Positions 37,678-50,172 of a DNA stretch of 64,000 bases are shown here, piece by piece. The notes below the pieces were generated by a model. That model ran no database searches and was not told the DNA's origin. It saw only the letters and a program-made list of their open reading frames with translations. Source of the stretch: Octopus sinensis. Its lineage: Eukaryota. Numbering within the stretch: position 1 is the first letter of the stretch; each line of letters starts with the position of its first letter. The stretch lies in NCBI RefSeq assembly GCF_006345805.1, contig NC_042998.1, positions 141,732,001-141,796,000 of the forward strand, in the 5' to 3' direction. Both the position numbers and the translations under genes were made by a program.

Positions 37678-37731
37678 AAGTAGTTATGGGTTATATTTAG
37701 GCTGATGTCGAGTGTGTGTAGTGTGTATATC
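37678..37731 (-). CDS. Candidate 54-nt frame-preserving internal exon of an unidentified minus-strand gene (xIYTLHTLDISLNITHNYx)
   Basis: A long AG-free pyrimidine-rich tract ends ttgtttctttcttAG and the donor is CTT|GTAAGT. The length is divisible by 3 and only the phase 2-2 frame is open. The flank is non-repetitive and CpG-containing. Confidence 0.45.
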
Positions 37732-38220
37732 CTAAGAAAGAAACAAGATACCCGACATAGGAAGTGGTTGGCGGGAGCGGGGAGGGGTCGAGAGAAAGGA
37801 TGGAGAATAAATAGACAGGAAAAAAATAAAGGTAACATTTTATTGACTTATTTAGAAGATTATATATATATATCTTTTATTTTATTTTAGTCAACTGACT
37901 GTGGCCATGCTGGGGCATCACTTTGAAGGGTTTTTAGTTGGACAAATTGAACCTAGGTCTTATTCTTTGCAAGCCTGGTATTTATTTTATAGAACTCTTT
38001 TGCTGAAATGCTAAGTTATGGAAACAAACACACCAACACTGGTTGTCAAGCAGTGGTGGTGGGGACAAACACACATACATATCTATATATATATGATGGG
38101 TTTCTTTCAGTTTCAGTCTACCAAATCCATTCACAAGGCTTTGGTGTAGTAGAAGACACTTGACCAAGCTTCGATGCATATAGCATATGAGAGGAAGAAA
38201 ATGGAATTCACAAGATACTT

Positions 38221-38547
38221 TATTAATCACTACAATCATTTCAACCCATCATGCATCAGCTTTTCATGGGTGAGATTCTGTACAAATGGTTGTGGTGAAT
38301 CATTCAGTGCAGATGTGCCTCATCTGAGCTAGAATCATTAGCTCTCTTGTATGCCACTAGCTATAGGCAAAAAACGGAATGTATTTTAATTAAAATAAGC
38401 GAAACGGAGATTAAAGAGTGGGGTACCTTTTGACAAGTCATCTGATGAGGCACTGCTATACTGAATGATGCACTACAATTATTTGTACAGAATCTCACCC
38501 GCGAGAGACTGATGCATCATGGATTGAAACGATTGTAGTGATTAATA
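38221..38547. mobile_element. Non-autonomous DNA element (MITE) with ~110-bp terminal inverted repeats
   Basis: tattaatcactacaatc.tttcaa.ccat.atgcatcag...gggtgagattctgtacaaat...tcattcagt...gtgcctcatc is mirrored at 38440-38547, and TTAA lies within both termini. Confidence 0.85.
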
Positions 38548-38884
38548 AGGAATCTTGGGAATTCCGTTTTTGCTTTCTCTCATATGTTATATACTCAACA
38601 GACATTAAGGAATTCCTGAAATAAATCCAGTGGCACTTATATTCATACTGTTGATGACATCAAGTAGCTGAATACAATGAATGTGCTTTAAACAGTATGC
38701 TACCAAAATTAAAATTATTACTTATATATATAATGCCAACAATATATGGACATTCTGAAAGAAAAACGCTTTCTTTCCTCTTTAACCCTCAGGATTGATT
38801 GCATTTGTATGTATATGCGTTTTTGTTTTTCTTTTATTTGTTTTAGTCACTGGACTATGGCCATGCTGGGGCACCACTTTTGTG

Positions 38885-39561
38885 ATGGCTGAAATGAAGG
38901 AACAGCATGCTTCTGTGAAATTCTGTTTTCTGCTAGGGAAAATGGCAGCTGAAACAGTTGTCATGCTTCAAAGAGCTTACAAGACCACTGCCACAAGTTT
39001 GCAAGTGGTTTCCACACTTTAGGACGGTCACTTGTCACTTGAGGACCAAGCTCATTCAGGATGACCGTCAACCTTCCAAATGAATGAAAACATCATGAAA
39101 ATTCAAGAACTGATCTTGACAGATCATCAACGAACACATAGACAAACTTTGTTGATATGAGTGGTGTGTACTGGAGCTCCTGCCAACGAATTTTGAGCGA
39201 GGAATTGCAAACGAAAAGAGCTGCAGTAAAATTTGCGCCTCGCTTGTTGAATGCATGTTGTGAACTGAAAAAACAGTTGGAAGTTGATCCAGACCTGTTT
39301 TGAAGGTTATCACTGGTGACGAAAGCTGGTGCTACAGAATTTGCAGATGTAGCAGAGGTGAAGAAAACAAACAATGGCGGCGTTAAAAGGCGTCACTTCG
39401 CAAGAGTTCCAATGCTACTTCAAACAGTGGAAAACACATCTGGACTGATGCATAGCTTCAAATGGAGAATACTTTGAAGGCGATAAAAGTGTAAACAGGT
39501 AAAAAAAAAAAGTGAATAAAATAATATTACAAAATTCTGGGTTTTTTAGGTACTCCCTCAT
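38885..39561 (+). mobile_element. Internally deleted, decayed mariner element with right TIR
   Basis: MAEMKEQHASVKFCFLLGKMAAETVVMLQRAYK (mariner N-terminus), ITGDESWCY, then FADVAEVKK...ASNGEYFEGDK (C-terminus). The right end ttctgggtttttttaggtactccctcat resembles a mariner TIR. The middle of the catalytic domain is missing. Confidence 0.8.
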
Positions 39562-41587
39562 TTATAGATATATTTTTCTATCTATTTATATTAAATAGAT
39601 TACTATATACTAATGACCTGTTATTGCTTGCAAATTAGCTCTTTTAATATTCGTTTTTTATTGTACTGTAAGTTTTTTTTTCCAACTACACCTATGTCTG
39701 TATTTACTGGAGTGAGGTGAGCATTTTGACTTTAACAATCTATGCTCTGATATACACAACATTATTTACATATTTTGCAGTACATCTGGTACACTAATGC
39801 TTAATTGGATAAACTTCTTCAAACTATACACAGACACAGACACACACACACAGAGTATATTTCTAAAAGAACAAAAGAGGCTTCTAACATAAACTGGAAA
39901 TATTAGTTTTATTTTCTCCCTGTCATTATCTGGCATAAAGTCAGCTTTCTCAATACTAGTCCCACCACAGATGAGGGTCTTGCAAGTTACTCAGTGACTT
40001 CCCTAAAAAGCACCCAGTACACATTGTGAAGTGGTTGGGTGTTAAGAAGGGCATCCAGCCATAGAAATCATGTCAAAGCAGACACTGATGTTTGATACAC
40101 TGTCCAACCTAAGCCTGCATGGAAAACGAACATTAGATGATGATTATGAGAGAGTATCTTGTTTTGTGGGTGCCAAATAAAAAGCACCCAGTACAGCATC
40201 CTACAAAATGGTTGGTATTATGAAGGGCATCCAGCTATAGAAGTCATATCAAAGATACTGCACTTTAATGTGTCCTCTGGCTTCCCAGTTCCTGTCATAT
40301 TGCCCAACCCATACCAGTATGGAAAACAGATATCAAACAAAAGACGATGATGATGATGATGATGATATTGAGGTTGAAAAGATGAGCGACAGTGGAAATT
40401 TTTGGAATTGGGACAAATCCTCCCATATTTCTGGCAACATGTGGCAAATTAACATAACTTCAAAACAATGATTTTATTTGAGAGATAATTTGAGGTCTAA
40501 TTACTTTATGATTGCTGTTTGTGTAGACTGTACTCTAGTACAGTAATTAAATCTGTATGTATATAACATAATTGCCTATATAACAGACAGAATGCTGTTG
40601 AATTGATATAATGGTAGTTTGGAGGGATGTCTAACACTGTAGTCATCATCACTGTCTTAATTTTAACATCTACTTTCCATTCTGGCATGGTTGAATGATT
40701 TGAGAGAAGCTGGCAAGCCAGAGAACAGTACTGAATGTCAGTGTCTGTTTTGGCAGGTTTTCTACAGCTGGATGCCTTACCTAACACCAACCACTTGACA
40801 GAGTGTGATGGGTGGTTTTTTTGATGTGGTACTAGCACAAATGAAATCCCCAGAGTAACTTGCAAGGCAAGCTCTCACTCAACTGAGATGAGAATAGTAC
40901 TGAGGGAGCGTAATTTTGTAAAAATAAGGCAGAGGGGGCATGATGGCTGTGTAGTTAAGAAATTTGCTTCACAAACCACACAGTTTCAGGTTCAGTCCCA
41001 CCGTAGAGCACCTTGGGCAAATCCTTCACAGTAGCCCTGGACTGACGAAGGCCTTGTGTGTGGTTTTGGTAGATAGAAACTAAAAGAAGCTTGTCATGTA
41101 TGTGTGTGTGTCCTTGTCTTAACATCATGTACTAATTGTCAACTGTGGATTATTCAAAACAAACAGAACCTAATTCTGCATTCTTTCCTTGTCTTGTGAG
41201 CTACATGGTGACCTTACTAGTGCTGGTGTTATGAAAAGAAAGCACCCAGTACACTCTGTAAAATGGCTGACATTAGAAATGGCATCAAACCATAGAAACC
41301 ATGCCAAAGCTGACAGGGAAGTTTGATGCAGTCCTGAGGCTTGTTGGCTTCCATCAAACTGTCCAATTCATGCTAGCATGGAAAATGAATGTTAAATGAT
41401 GATGATGATTCTTATCCTTATTTTCTTTTTTTATCCCTCTCAACATGTCATATATATATATAACGTATATGTGTGTGTGTACATAAATATATACACACAC
41501 ACACACATATATATATTTATATTTATATATATATATATATATTATATATATATATATATATATATTTATAAATACACACACACACAC

Positions 41588-42067
41588 ATCTCTGGCCAGC
41601 CATGTGTGGTGCCTAAAAGATGAAGGGACCCCATATGATATCAGGTAGAAGATCTTAGAACGACCTGGACCCTATATCAACGGGAGTGTGCACTGCAAGC
41701 TCTGCATAGCTGAGCAAGCTAGACTACTCAAAGACACCCTGAGACTGGATCACTGAATGCTTGCCAAAAAATCTTCACACCATGCATCCATTTCAAATGC
41801 TATTTGCTGCAAGCATGGAATTCCCTGTCCGTTGACTAAGCCTGGAAGAGTCCTTCGATCCAATAGCAACCCAAGAGATAGATCCCCTATTGCCCTCTTC
41901 AGGTCCATAAATAGCTGGTCTATTAAGGAAAACCATAATGGCTTTCTACCTACCAGAGGTTAATTTTGTCTTTGGACTAGAGTCTGATGAATCATCCACA
42001 AAGCTACAGCATTTATGGATGTGAAACTATTGGTCACTCTATGATCAAACATCAACTTCATTAATTT

Positions 42068-42069
<2 letters not shown>
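41588..42069 (+). mobile_element. 5'-truncated Penelope-like element: GIY-YIG C-terminal remnant plus 3' region with hammerhead
   Basis: LASHVWCLKDEGTPYDIR*KILERPGPYINGSVHCKLCIAEQARLLK matches the PLE C-terminal pattern 'LSxYIWxLK...WKIL...PY.N...CxLC'. It sits between (CA/TA)n and (TA)n tracts. Confidence 0.8.
41978..42041 (+). ncRNA. Canonical type I hammerhead ribozyme in a PLE 3' region
   Basis: UAGAGU-CUGAUGA-a-u-CAUCCAcAAA-gcuacagca-UUUaUGGAUG-u-GAA-AC-uauug-GU-C-ACUCUA. Stem I is a perfect 6 bp and the triplet is GUC, with predicted cleavage after 42035. Confidence 0.85.
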
Positions 42070-42127
<58 letters not shown>

Positions 42128-42975
42128 GTATAGCCTAGAAACTCCTAAGTTAAATTTTTATGGAAATTACTAAAAGGGTGAGGAATTATATGACGAAATT
42201 ATACTGGAACTTGCTGCATCATCAACCATGCTTCTGATTCCCGAGAATACAAAACCCTTCTCATATTGGAATCCCAACAAAGATTTGCTTTGAAAATAAG
42301 TTTAAAATGTATAAGTATCATACCTGGTTTGAATATTTTATTTCTAAGAAAAATTCCAACTTTTCTAAACACCCAGTACCTCCCTACCTTCCCTGAGTGA
42401 GTTCATCATGCTCTCAAAAGGGCACTACTACCCAGGTCATCATCATCTTAACATCCACTTTTCCATGCTTGCTTGGATCAGACAGAATTTGTTAAGGCAA
42501 ATTTTCCATGGCTGGATACTCTTCCTGTCACCAGCCCTCACCAGTTTCCAAGATGCCATGTAGTGGGACTGAACCCCAAACCACATGGTTGGGAAGCAAG
42601 CATCTTGACCAAACAGCCTGTGCCTACATCTATAGACAATATTACAAAGAATATTATAAGGGTAGTGTTGTGGTATTGAGACATGTAGAGTTCATGTTGT
42701 AGTGCTTACATTATATCAAATAACTGTAATACACTTATTTGAAATGAGTAACTGTGCAACTGTTACACATTTCAGGACATTAAATAAAATGTAAACAAAT
42801 AGTTGTAAGCCAACGAGCAATAAGGATCAAATGAACAAGCAAAAGGGGTCAGTCACTAGGAGTCTGACTAAGTAGTTGGTAATTAGATACATGCAGCTGG
42901 TAATTAAATACATCAGGTGTTGCATACTATGAATACAGTGACAGGTAAGGAGAATTAGACAATGAGAAGTGAATT

Positions 42976-43184
<209 letters not shown>

Positions 43185-44304
43185 CTAGTGACAGGATAGG
43201 AAAGGATTCTGTAGTCTAAAGTAGTTCTGAGTGAAATAAGAGGAATTTTTACAAACTTGAAATTATTTGATGAACTGGAATAATTCTGTTGGTGTTTACA
43301 TAGTGATTGTTATAATTTGATTCTTCATTTTATATTGGTTTATCCATGCTAATATGGGTTACATAAATATATTACTGAGGCATCGTTTTTTTCAACCAGA
43401 TACCTTTCTTGTTGTTAACTCTCACCTGTCTTTCAGGTGTAAGGGATCTCTTATTTGATAAGTCTTTGATGGCACAATTTGTTAACACTGACTGCAAATG
43501 TAAGCACACACACACACACGACAGGCTTCTTTCACAAAGCTTTGGTCGGCCCGAGGCTATAGTAGAAGACACTTGCCCAAGGTCCTACACAGTGGGATTG
43601 AACCCGGAACCATGTGGTTGGGAAGCATGCTTCTTACCACAGCCACGCCTGCACCTATATATATATATATATATATATATGACAAGTTTCTGTTTACCAT
43701 ATTCTCTCAGAAAGCATTAATCAAAGGCTAAGGTGGAAGACACTTGTGCAGTAGGACAACAACAATAATAATCCTTACTTTGACAGGCATAAAGACTTGA
43801 AATGAAGAGGAAGGGAACTAGTCAGTTACATGGACCCCAGTGCTTAACTGGTATTTATTTCCTTCACTGCGAAAAGATGAAAGTTAACAAATCTCAGCAG
43901 AAGGTCAACTCAGTCAAAGTTAACCTTGACAAAATTTGAACTCTGAATTTGAGGAGCCAGAAGAAATACTGCTCAGCATTTTGTTCAGCTGTTTCAAATT
44001 TCGTATGACGTTGTTGATGTTGAGGATGATGTCGATGATGATGATGATGCAGTTTCAATTTCAGTAGTGTTTGTGTACACTGATCAAAAGCAACAATAGA
44101 CCAGAGCTTTTAAAAGTGGGGGTGGGGCATGATGGGACTATGTTTGATGTTTATAACTTTACCAAAGGTGTTAAAGATATACGCTTCCCCCCTACCGACA
44201 GATTGAAACAGTGTGTTAGGCATTTGTGTTGGTAGAAGTTCAGATCATACTTTGAGCACATGGTGTACAATGAATAGATGGAATATAGATATTCACAGAA
44301 TTTC

Positions 44305-45376
44305 TAGGCTATAAACAATAGAATGTGGAGACAGAGAGAAGAAAATGGGAGTGGGGGAGTTGGTAATGAGAGTGGCAAAGGAGAAAGGGTGGGGTGGGGG
44401 AGAAAGTGAAAGTAGATGAGAATAGGCAGAGAGGGGTGAGAGTGGGGAGGGATAATGAGAGATAAGAAAGGGTCAGTGGGAGATAACAAGAGATAAGGAG
44501 AGAGGAGCAACTAAATAGGGAGGGATAGTTAATGAGATGAGAGAGGGAGAGGTAATGAGAGATGGAGGAAGGAGCAGATAAGAAATCTAGAGATGGATGT
44601 AATGAGAGAGGGAAGGGTGACAAGAGATGCAGAGGCAGAAGGAAGGACAGATAGAGAAGGGCTGGCAATGAGAGGCAGTAAGAGATAGAGAAAGGAAAAA
44701 ATGAGAGACAGAAGGAAGACATCAACAGACAGTAAAGTGAGACTGTAGTGTGTGGGTGGGGGTAATTTGAGAGAAGGACAGTGAGATAGATAGAGAAAAA
44801 CAGAGAGAGAAAGAGTGAGATAAAAATGAGCAAAAGATAGAGAAATGGCAAGAAAAATGAGGAACTGTCATGGAAAATGGAGGAGAGGGAGGGAAGTAAG
44901 AGGAACTGGGGGAGGGATGCAGAAAAATAGAAACAAAAGAGAGAAAAACAGTGAGGAAAAAAGTGCAGAGAGAGAAGGAAGTGGATACAGTAAAAGTGTA
45001 AAAGGAGGAGCAGGGCATCAATAGGAGAGAGGGGGAGAGAGAAAAAGAAGGAGAAAGAAATGCATGAAAAAAAGGTGTGTATGGGGTGGGGGTGGGGACA
45101 AAAAAGACATGATGGATATGAGTTCCACAAAATTTTTTTTAGAGAAGACAAACATGCAAAAAAGAAGAGAAGAAATATTATGGAGTAGACAGAAAAATGG
45201 TAAATAAATGTGAATGAGGAACAGAGCAGAATAGGAGGTTGTGGGGGGAGAGAGAGTGGAGAGAGAGAGAGAGAAAAACAGAAAGGGTGGTAGTGAGAGA
45301 AAGGGGAAAAATATATATTAAACAGGAAAGAGCAAGTTAATAGAGACAAAGTATGAAAACAGAGAAAAAGTGATAA

Positions 45377-45429
<53 letters not shown>

Positions 45430-45430
45430 T
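44305..45430. repeat. ~1.1-kb purine-rich low-complexity tract
   Basis: The plus strand is dominated by GA/GGA/GAA runs. The 378-aa minus-strand ORF is a compositional artefact. Confidence 0.85.
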
Positions 45431-45667
45431 GTGTGTGTAAGACAAAAGGAATGAAAGAAAAAGTTTAGGTCAAAGTGACATTTGCTTTAATTTATTTATT
45501 TATTTATTTATTTATCATTTATTCTATTTATTGGCAAAGCAGTATTATCACCACCATACTTTAATTTGAAGTATTTAAAGTGATAGATAGGGAAAGAGAA
45601 GGGAAAGAAAATAATGGAAATGGGTAGTGGAGTGAGAGAGAGAGAAAAGAGAGTGGAGAGAGAGAGA

Positions 45668-45704
<37 letters not shown>

Positions 45705-45971
45705 TGAGAGAGAATATCTCATGAGTTTTGTGAATGAGCATCTACTAATGACACAAATACACACATATACACACACATGTACACTCACACATACATGCAG
45801 ATACACATCTATACATATATATACACACATCTATATCTATCTGTATATATTACATAAACACACACAAACAGGTATACACACACACACACATATATATACA
45901 TACACATGCATAAATACACACACATATATATAACCACACATACACATAAACTGGTGTATATATATATATTA

Positions 45972-46025
<54 letters not shown>

Positions 46026-48403
46026 ACATACACTGCTAATCCCACTGAAAAGAACTGCTGGTCAATCTCCAACAATATATTTTTATGTTGTGCATTGTCT
46101 GGTGGATGCAAACTTGCATACATGCATGTGCATTCTCCCCCTATTGTCTTTTGCATCTCTACCTCTCTCTGTCACTGTATATTCCTCATCATCATTATCA
46201 ACTGCCCAATCTACCTCCACCCTGCCCCATCCTACCACTAACAACCACTATATAGCTTTCTCTTTTATCCATAGTGCACAAGTCTGCCTGTCTGATTACA
46301 TCCACACACACACACAGAGCAAGCAGAGAGAGGCTTCTGCTCACTATCTAATCCTGATCTCTAAACTTATGGAGTTTCTTTTCTTTCCTAAACAAAAATA
46401 ATTGCAACCTCTACCACTGCCAATCACCACCAATCACCACTTCAACCACCACCACCACCACTGCAACCCCCTACTGCCACCATCACCACTACCATACCAC
46501 CACCACCACCACAAGACCTGGAGGTGGGGAACAGGGTGGCTGTTAAGATGTGGGAGGTTGGAGAAAAAAAAACAAAAGTGTGTTCAGGGATGGACAAGAG
46601 AAAGAGAACTATAAGAAAGAAACAAGGGACACACACCCCTCTCTCCCACATAAGTACAAAAATGGATTGCATATGTGCATGTATGTGTGTGTGTGCATGC
46701 ATTTGTATGTGTGTGTGCATGGGGAGGGATGAATAATTGAAGGGGTGGAAGGAAAAACAAAGGCAAATCACCAACACTCCACACCTAATATGAGTCGGGT
46801 AGAGGTTGGTTTTAACAAAGAATAACAGAAACAAAAAGAGAAGGGTAGCAGTAGTAGTAAAGGTGGTGGTGGTGGTAGTAGTAGTAGTGATGGTGGTGGT
46901 AATAGTAGTGATGGTGGTGGTAGTAGTAGTAGTGATGGTAGCAGTGGTGGTGATTGTAGATGGAGGTGTAATGGGAAAGACAAGTAAAAAAAATTCTTTT
47001 ATTTTACATTTTATCATCAAATAACAACTCCCACCCCATTTCCCACCCTACACACATATTCATTTATTTCATATTCTGCAATTGCTTGCTGTCTTTTACT
47101 GACAGAGAGAGACAGACACCTAGGACATTGGTTAGACACTGAGTGTGTGTGTGTAAGTTTACATAACAAGAACAAAAGTGAAGAATGTAAACACCGTTTC
47201 AAGTATACAGGAATATTGTAAAAAAAGGGTGAGAAAAATGAGTGTGAATGTCTATATCTACAAGAGTCTCATCTCATACAGACCAAGTTCCTTTTCACTT
47301 TTCCATTTTTTCATCCCAATTAAGGTGTAGATGAATATGTTATATGACATAACATTAAAACCCACCATGCAAAACAAAACAAAAACAAATAAAACAGCAA
47401 CATAGTGAAATAACAAAAAAAAATATGGAGTCTGCAGTATTTAATGGTATTTCATAAGCGTGTGTTTATCAAGCTCTTCTATGGTCTCCACCCCCATTTC
47501 ACTTGCAAAGAGAATCAACATCAACAAAAGATATTTGTAATATCTCAACAATATGATTTATGTCTGCAATTAAATCTTGCTTTGGCATTGGCAATCTCAT
47601 TTGTTTTGGAGCTTCTCATCTTGTAGGAAGATTGTCATATCTCTTATATAAAATCTGTTCTGTCTGTCTGTATGTGTGTGTGTGTGTGTCTTCTCGGATC
47701 TTGGGCATCCTCCATCCGATTGCGCTCAAATTTGATATGGTATATCATGAAGTGTATAAGTCTTGAAAAAATTACAAAAATTGATTCCAGGTGAAAATGC
47801 GATCGATAAAGCCGTTTTTGTCCTGCTTTTCTTTCATCAACCTGTACATAACTGCACCTTCCATTTTTTGTTGTTTTGTACTGCTTAAAGGCATGTTTCT
47901 TTCCTGCCAAGCTTACTATTTATACCATGTTTGTGTTCTCCCAGTCAACAGCCTTATCATTACTGGTACTTTAACTCTTTGGTTGCATATTTGTGTGAAT
48001 AAAATCGTTTTTCTTTGGAATAGAAAAAAAGTCTATCTTTATTTCTTCTTTTGCTGGCGTCTCAAATTTAGGTTAAATCAGTGTTTCTCAAAGGGGAAGC
48101 CTATGGGACGGTCGGACAAGTTGTTTTGAGAACATTTGGTTTAAATGTTTGACAACTCAGCACCATCCATTGGACGAGAGGGGGGTGTGCTCGTATATAT
48201 ATATATATATCCTTTTATTCTTTTACTTGTTTCAGTCATTTGACTGCAGCCATGGTGGAGAACTACCTTGAAGAGTTTTTTTTTAGTTGAAGAAATCAAC
48301 CCCAGAACTTATTCTGTCTGTCACTTTTGCTGAACCACTAAGTTAAACACACCCAACATCAGTTGTTAAGCAATGGGGGGCAAACAAAGATACACATACA
48401 TAT

Positions 48404-48466
<63 letters not shown>

Positions 48467-48514
48467 TATATAAACGAGTGAGTAGACAAACAAAAGAAAG
48501 GTACTCAGCACAGG

Positions 48515-48891
48515 AGTTTGATTCAGACTCCTTGGCACTCTGAGTTTCAAGTGTGTGGCTAGTTTACAGCCATTGGGGTCTGAATGAGTGTACATATATA
48601 CATATATACCTTCACATCTACTGCCCTTTCCTACTTCCCCCCAACCACACGACCAAATTCTTGTCCACCGCATAATCTATTCCCTGTTCACCATGAGGTA
48701 TTTTCCAACTAATTGTTGTTGCTGAAATACCAACATCAAACCGTATATCGCTTGACCTTTTTTGACCAATCGCAAGCTAATGTACAATAGTAAACATTGA
48801 CTCTCTTCAATTGAACTCTCATTCAGATCCCAATGGCAGAAGACTAGCGACATGCTTGAAACTCAGAATACCAAACAGTCTGAATCAAACT
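48515..48891. repeat. Inverted repeat pair (~74-bp arms at 48515-48588 and 48818-48891), possible MITE
   Basis: agtttgattcagact..ttgg.a.tctgagtttcaag..tgt.gctagt.t...gccattggg.tctgaatgag is mirrored, which also explains the near-identical ORF peptides HSDPNG...LKLR.P.SLNQT on opposite strands. Confidence 0.8.
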
Positions 48892-49141
48892 GTTTTGATC
48901 TCTCTCTCTCTCTCTATATATATATATAGAACAGGCTTCTTTCAGTTACCATCTACCAAATCCACTCACAAGCCTATGGTCAGACTGAGGCTATAGCAGA
49001 AGACACTTGCCCAAGGTGCCATACAGTGAGACTGAACCTGAAATCATGTGGTTGGGAAGCAAGCTTCTTACCACACAACCACGCTTGGTGCATATGTGTA
49101 TATATATATATACACCCCCCCCAACATACACACACATACAC

Positions 49142-49186
<45 letters not shown>

Positions 49187-49989
49187 AATGATGTGATAAT
49201 TTTAATCTCAGCACACATAATAAAGCTGTCCTTCCCCCACTCCACCTTGGATTTTATAGTCTTGAAAGCTGCATGGTGACCTCACTAGTGCAGGTGACAC
49301 AAAATAAAAGAAAGAAAAAGCCCCCAGGACCCTAGTATATGCTTTAAAGTGGTTGACATTAGCAAGGGCATCCAGTCATAGAAGCCATACAAAAGCAGAC
49401 ACTGGATCATTATACATTCCTTGGACCCATCGGATCCTGTCAAACTGTCCAACCCATGTCATCAGGAGACATGGTCATTAAATGATGATGATTATAATGT
49501 ACATGTGTTGAGATAAAGAGAGGTGCATAGCATTATTATTTAACGTCCACTTTTCCATGTTCATAGGGATCAGACAAAATTCATTGAGTCATATTTTCTA
49601 TGACTGATGCTCTTCTTTGTCACCTACCCTCATGTTTCTAAGTAAGGTGACATTTCCCCATGACAACATGTCCAGTCACACTTACTGGATGTTTTTGTTA
49701 AAGGATCACAAACGAATGACACTGCTTGTACAACAGTGATGTTTATTGACAATTAGCATGTGATGTCAAGACATGGAGACACAAAAACTCTCTCTCTCTC
49801 TGACACACACACACACGCACACACACACACACATATGCACACATATATATGACAAGCTTTGATAAAGTAGTTGGTCTTAGGAAACATATCCAACCATAAA
49901 AAGCAAGTGAAAAATTCTAACTTTGAGGCAGATGTAGTTGTTTGGGTCCATCCAGGAGAAATGGCCCGATGATGATGATGATGATTATA

Positions 49990-50172
49990 GTGATGTCAAC
50001 TATGATTCTTGTCACATTGGCTATGATGCTAGGCATGCCAGCTATGATGCTAGTCATGTCAGCAATGGTGCTAGTCATTTCACCTATGATGTCAGTTATG
50101 ATGCTTGTCATGTCAGCAATGGTGCTAGTCATTTCACCTATGATGTCAGTTATGATGCTTGTCGTGTCAACT
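49990..50172. repeat. Minisatellite of 21/12-nt subunits with an exact 54-nt duplication
   Basis: gtcatgtcagcaatggtgctagtcatttcacctatgatgtcagttatgatgctt occurs twice in tandem, embedded in related tatgatgct subunits next to (GAT)n. Confidence 0.85.

Noticed and set aside
38395-38460. cgaaac ... gtcatCTGATGAgg, resembling a permuted hammerhead
   Set aside because: No stem II/GAAA follows the core and stems I and III cannot form. The CTGATGAG is part of the MITE terminal inverted repeat.
44309-45445. 378-aa minus-strand Leu/Ser/Phe-rich ORF
   Set aside because: It is a consequence of the pyrimidine-rich strand, which rarely contains stop codons.
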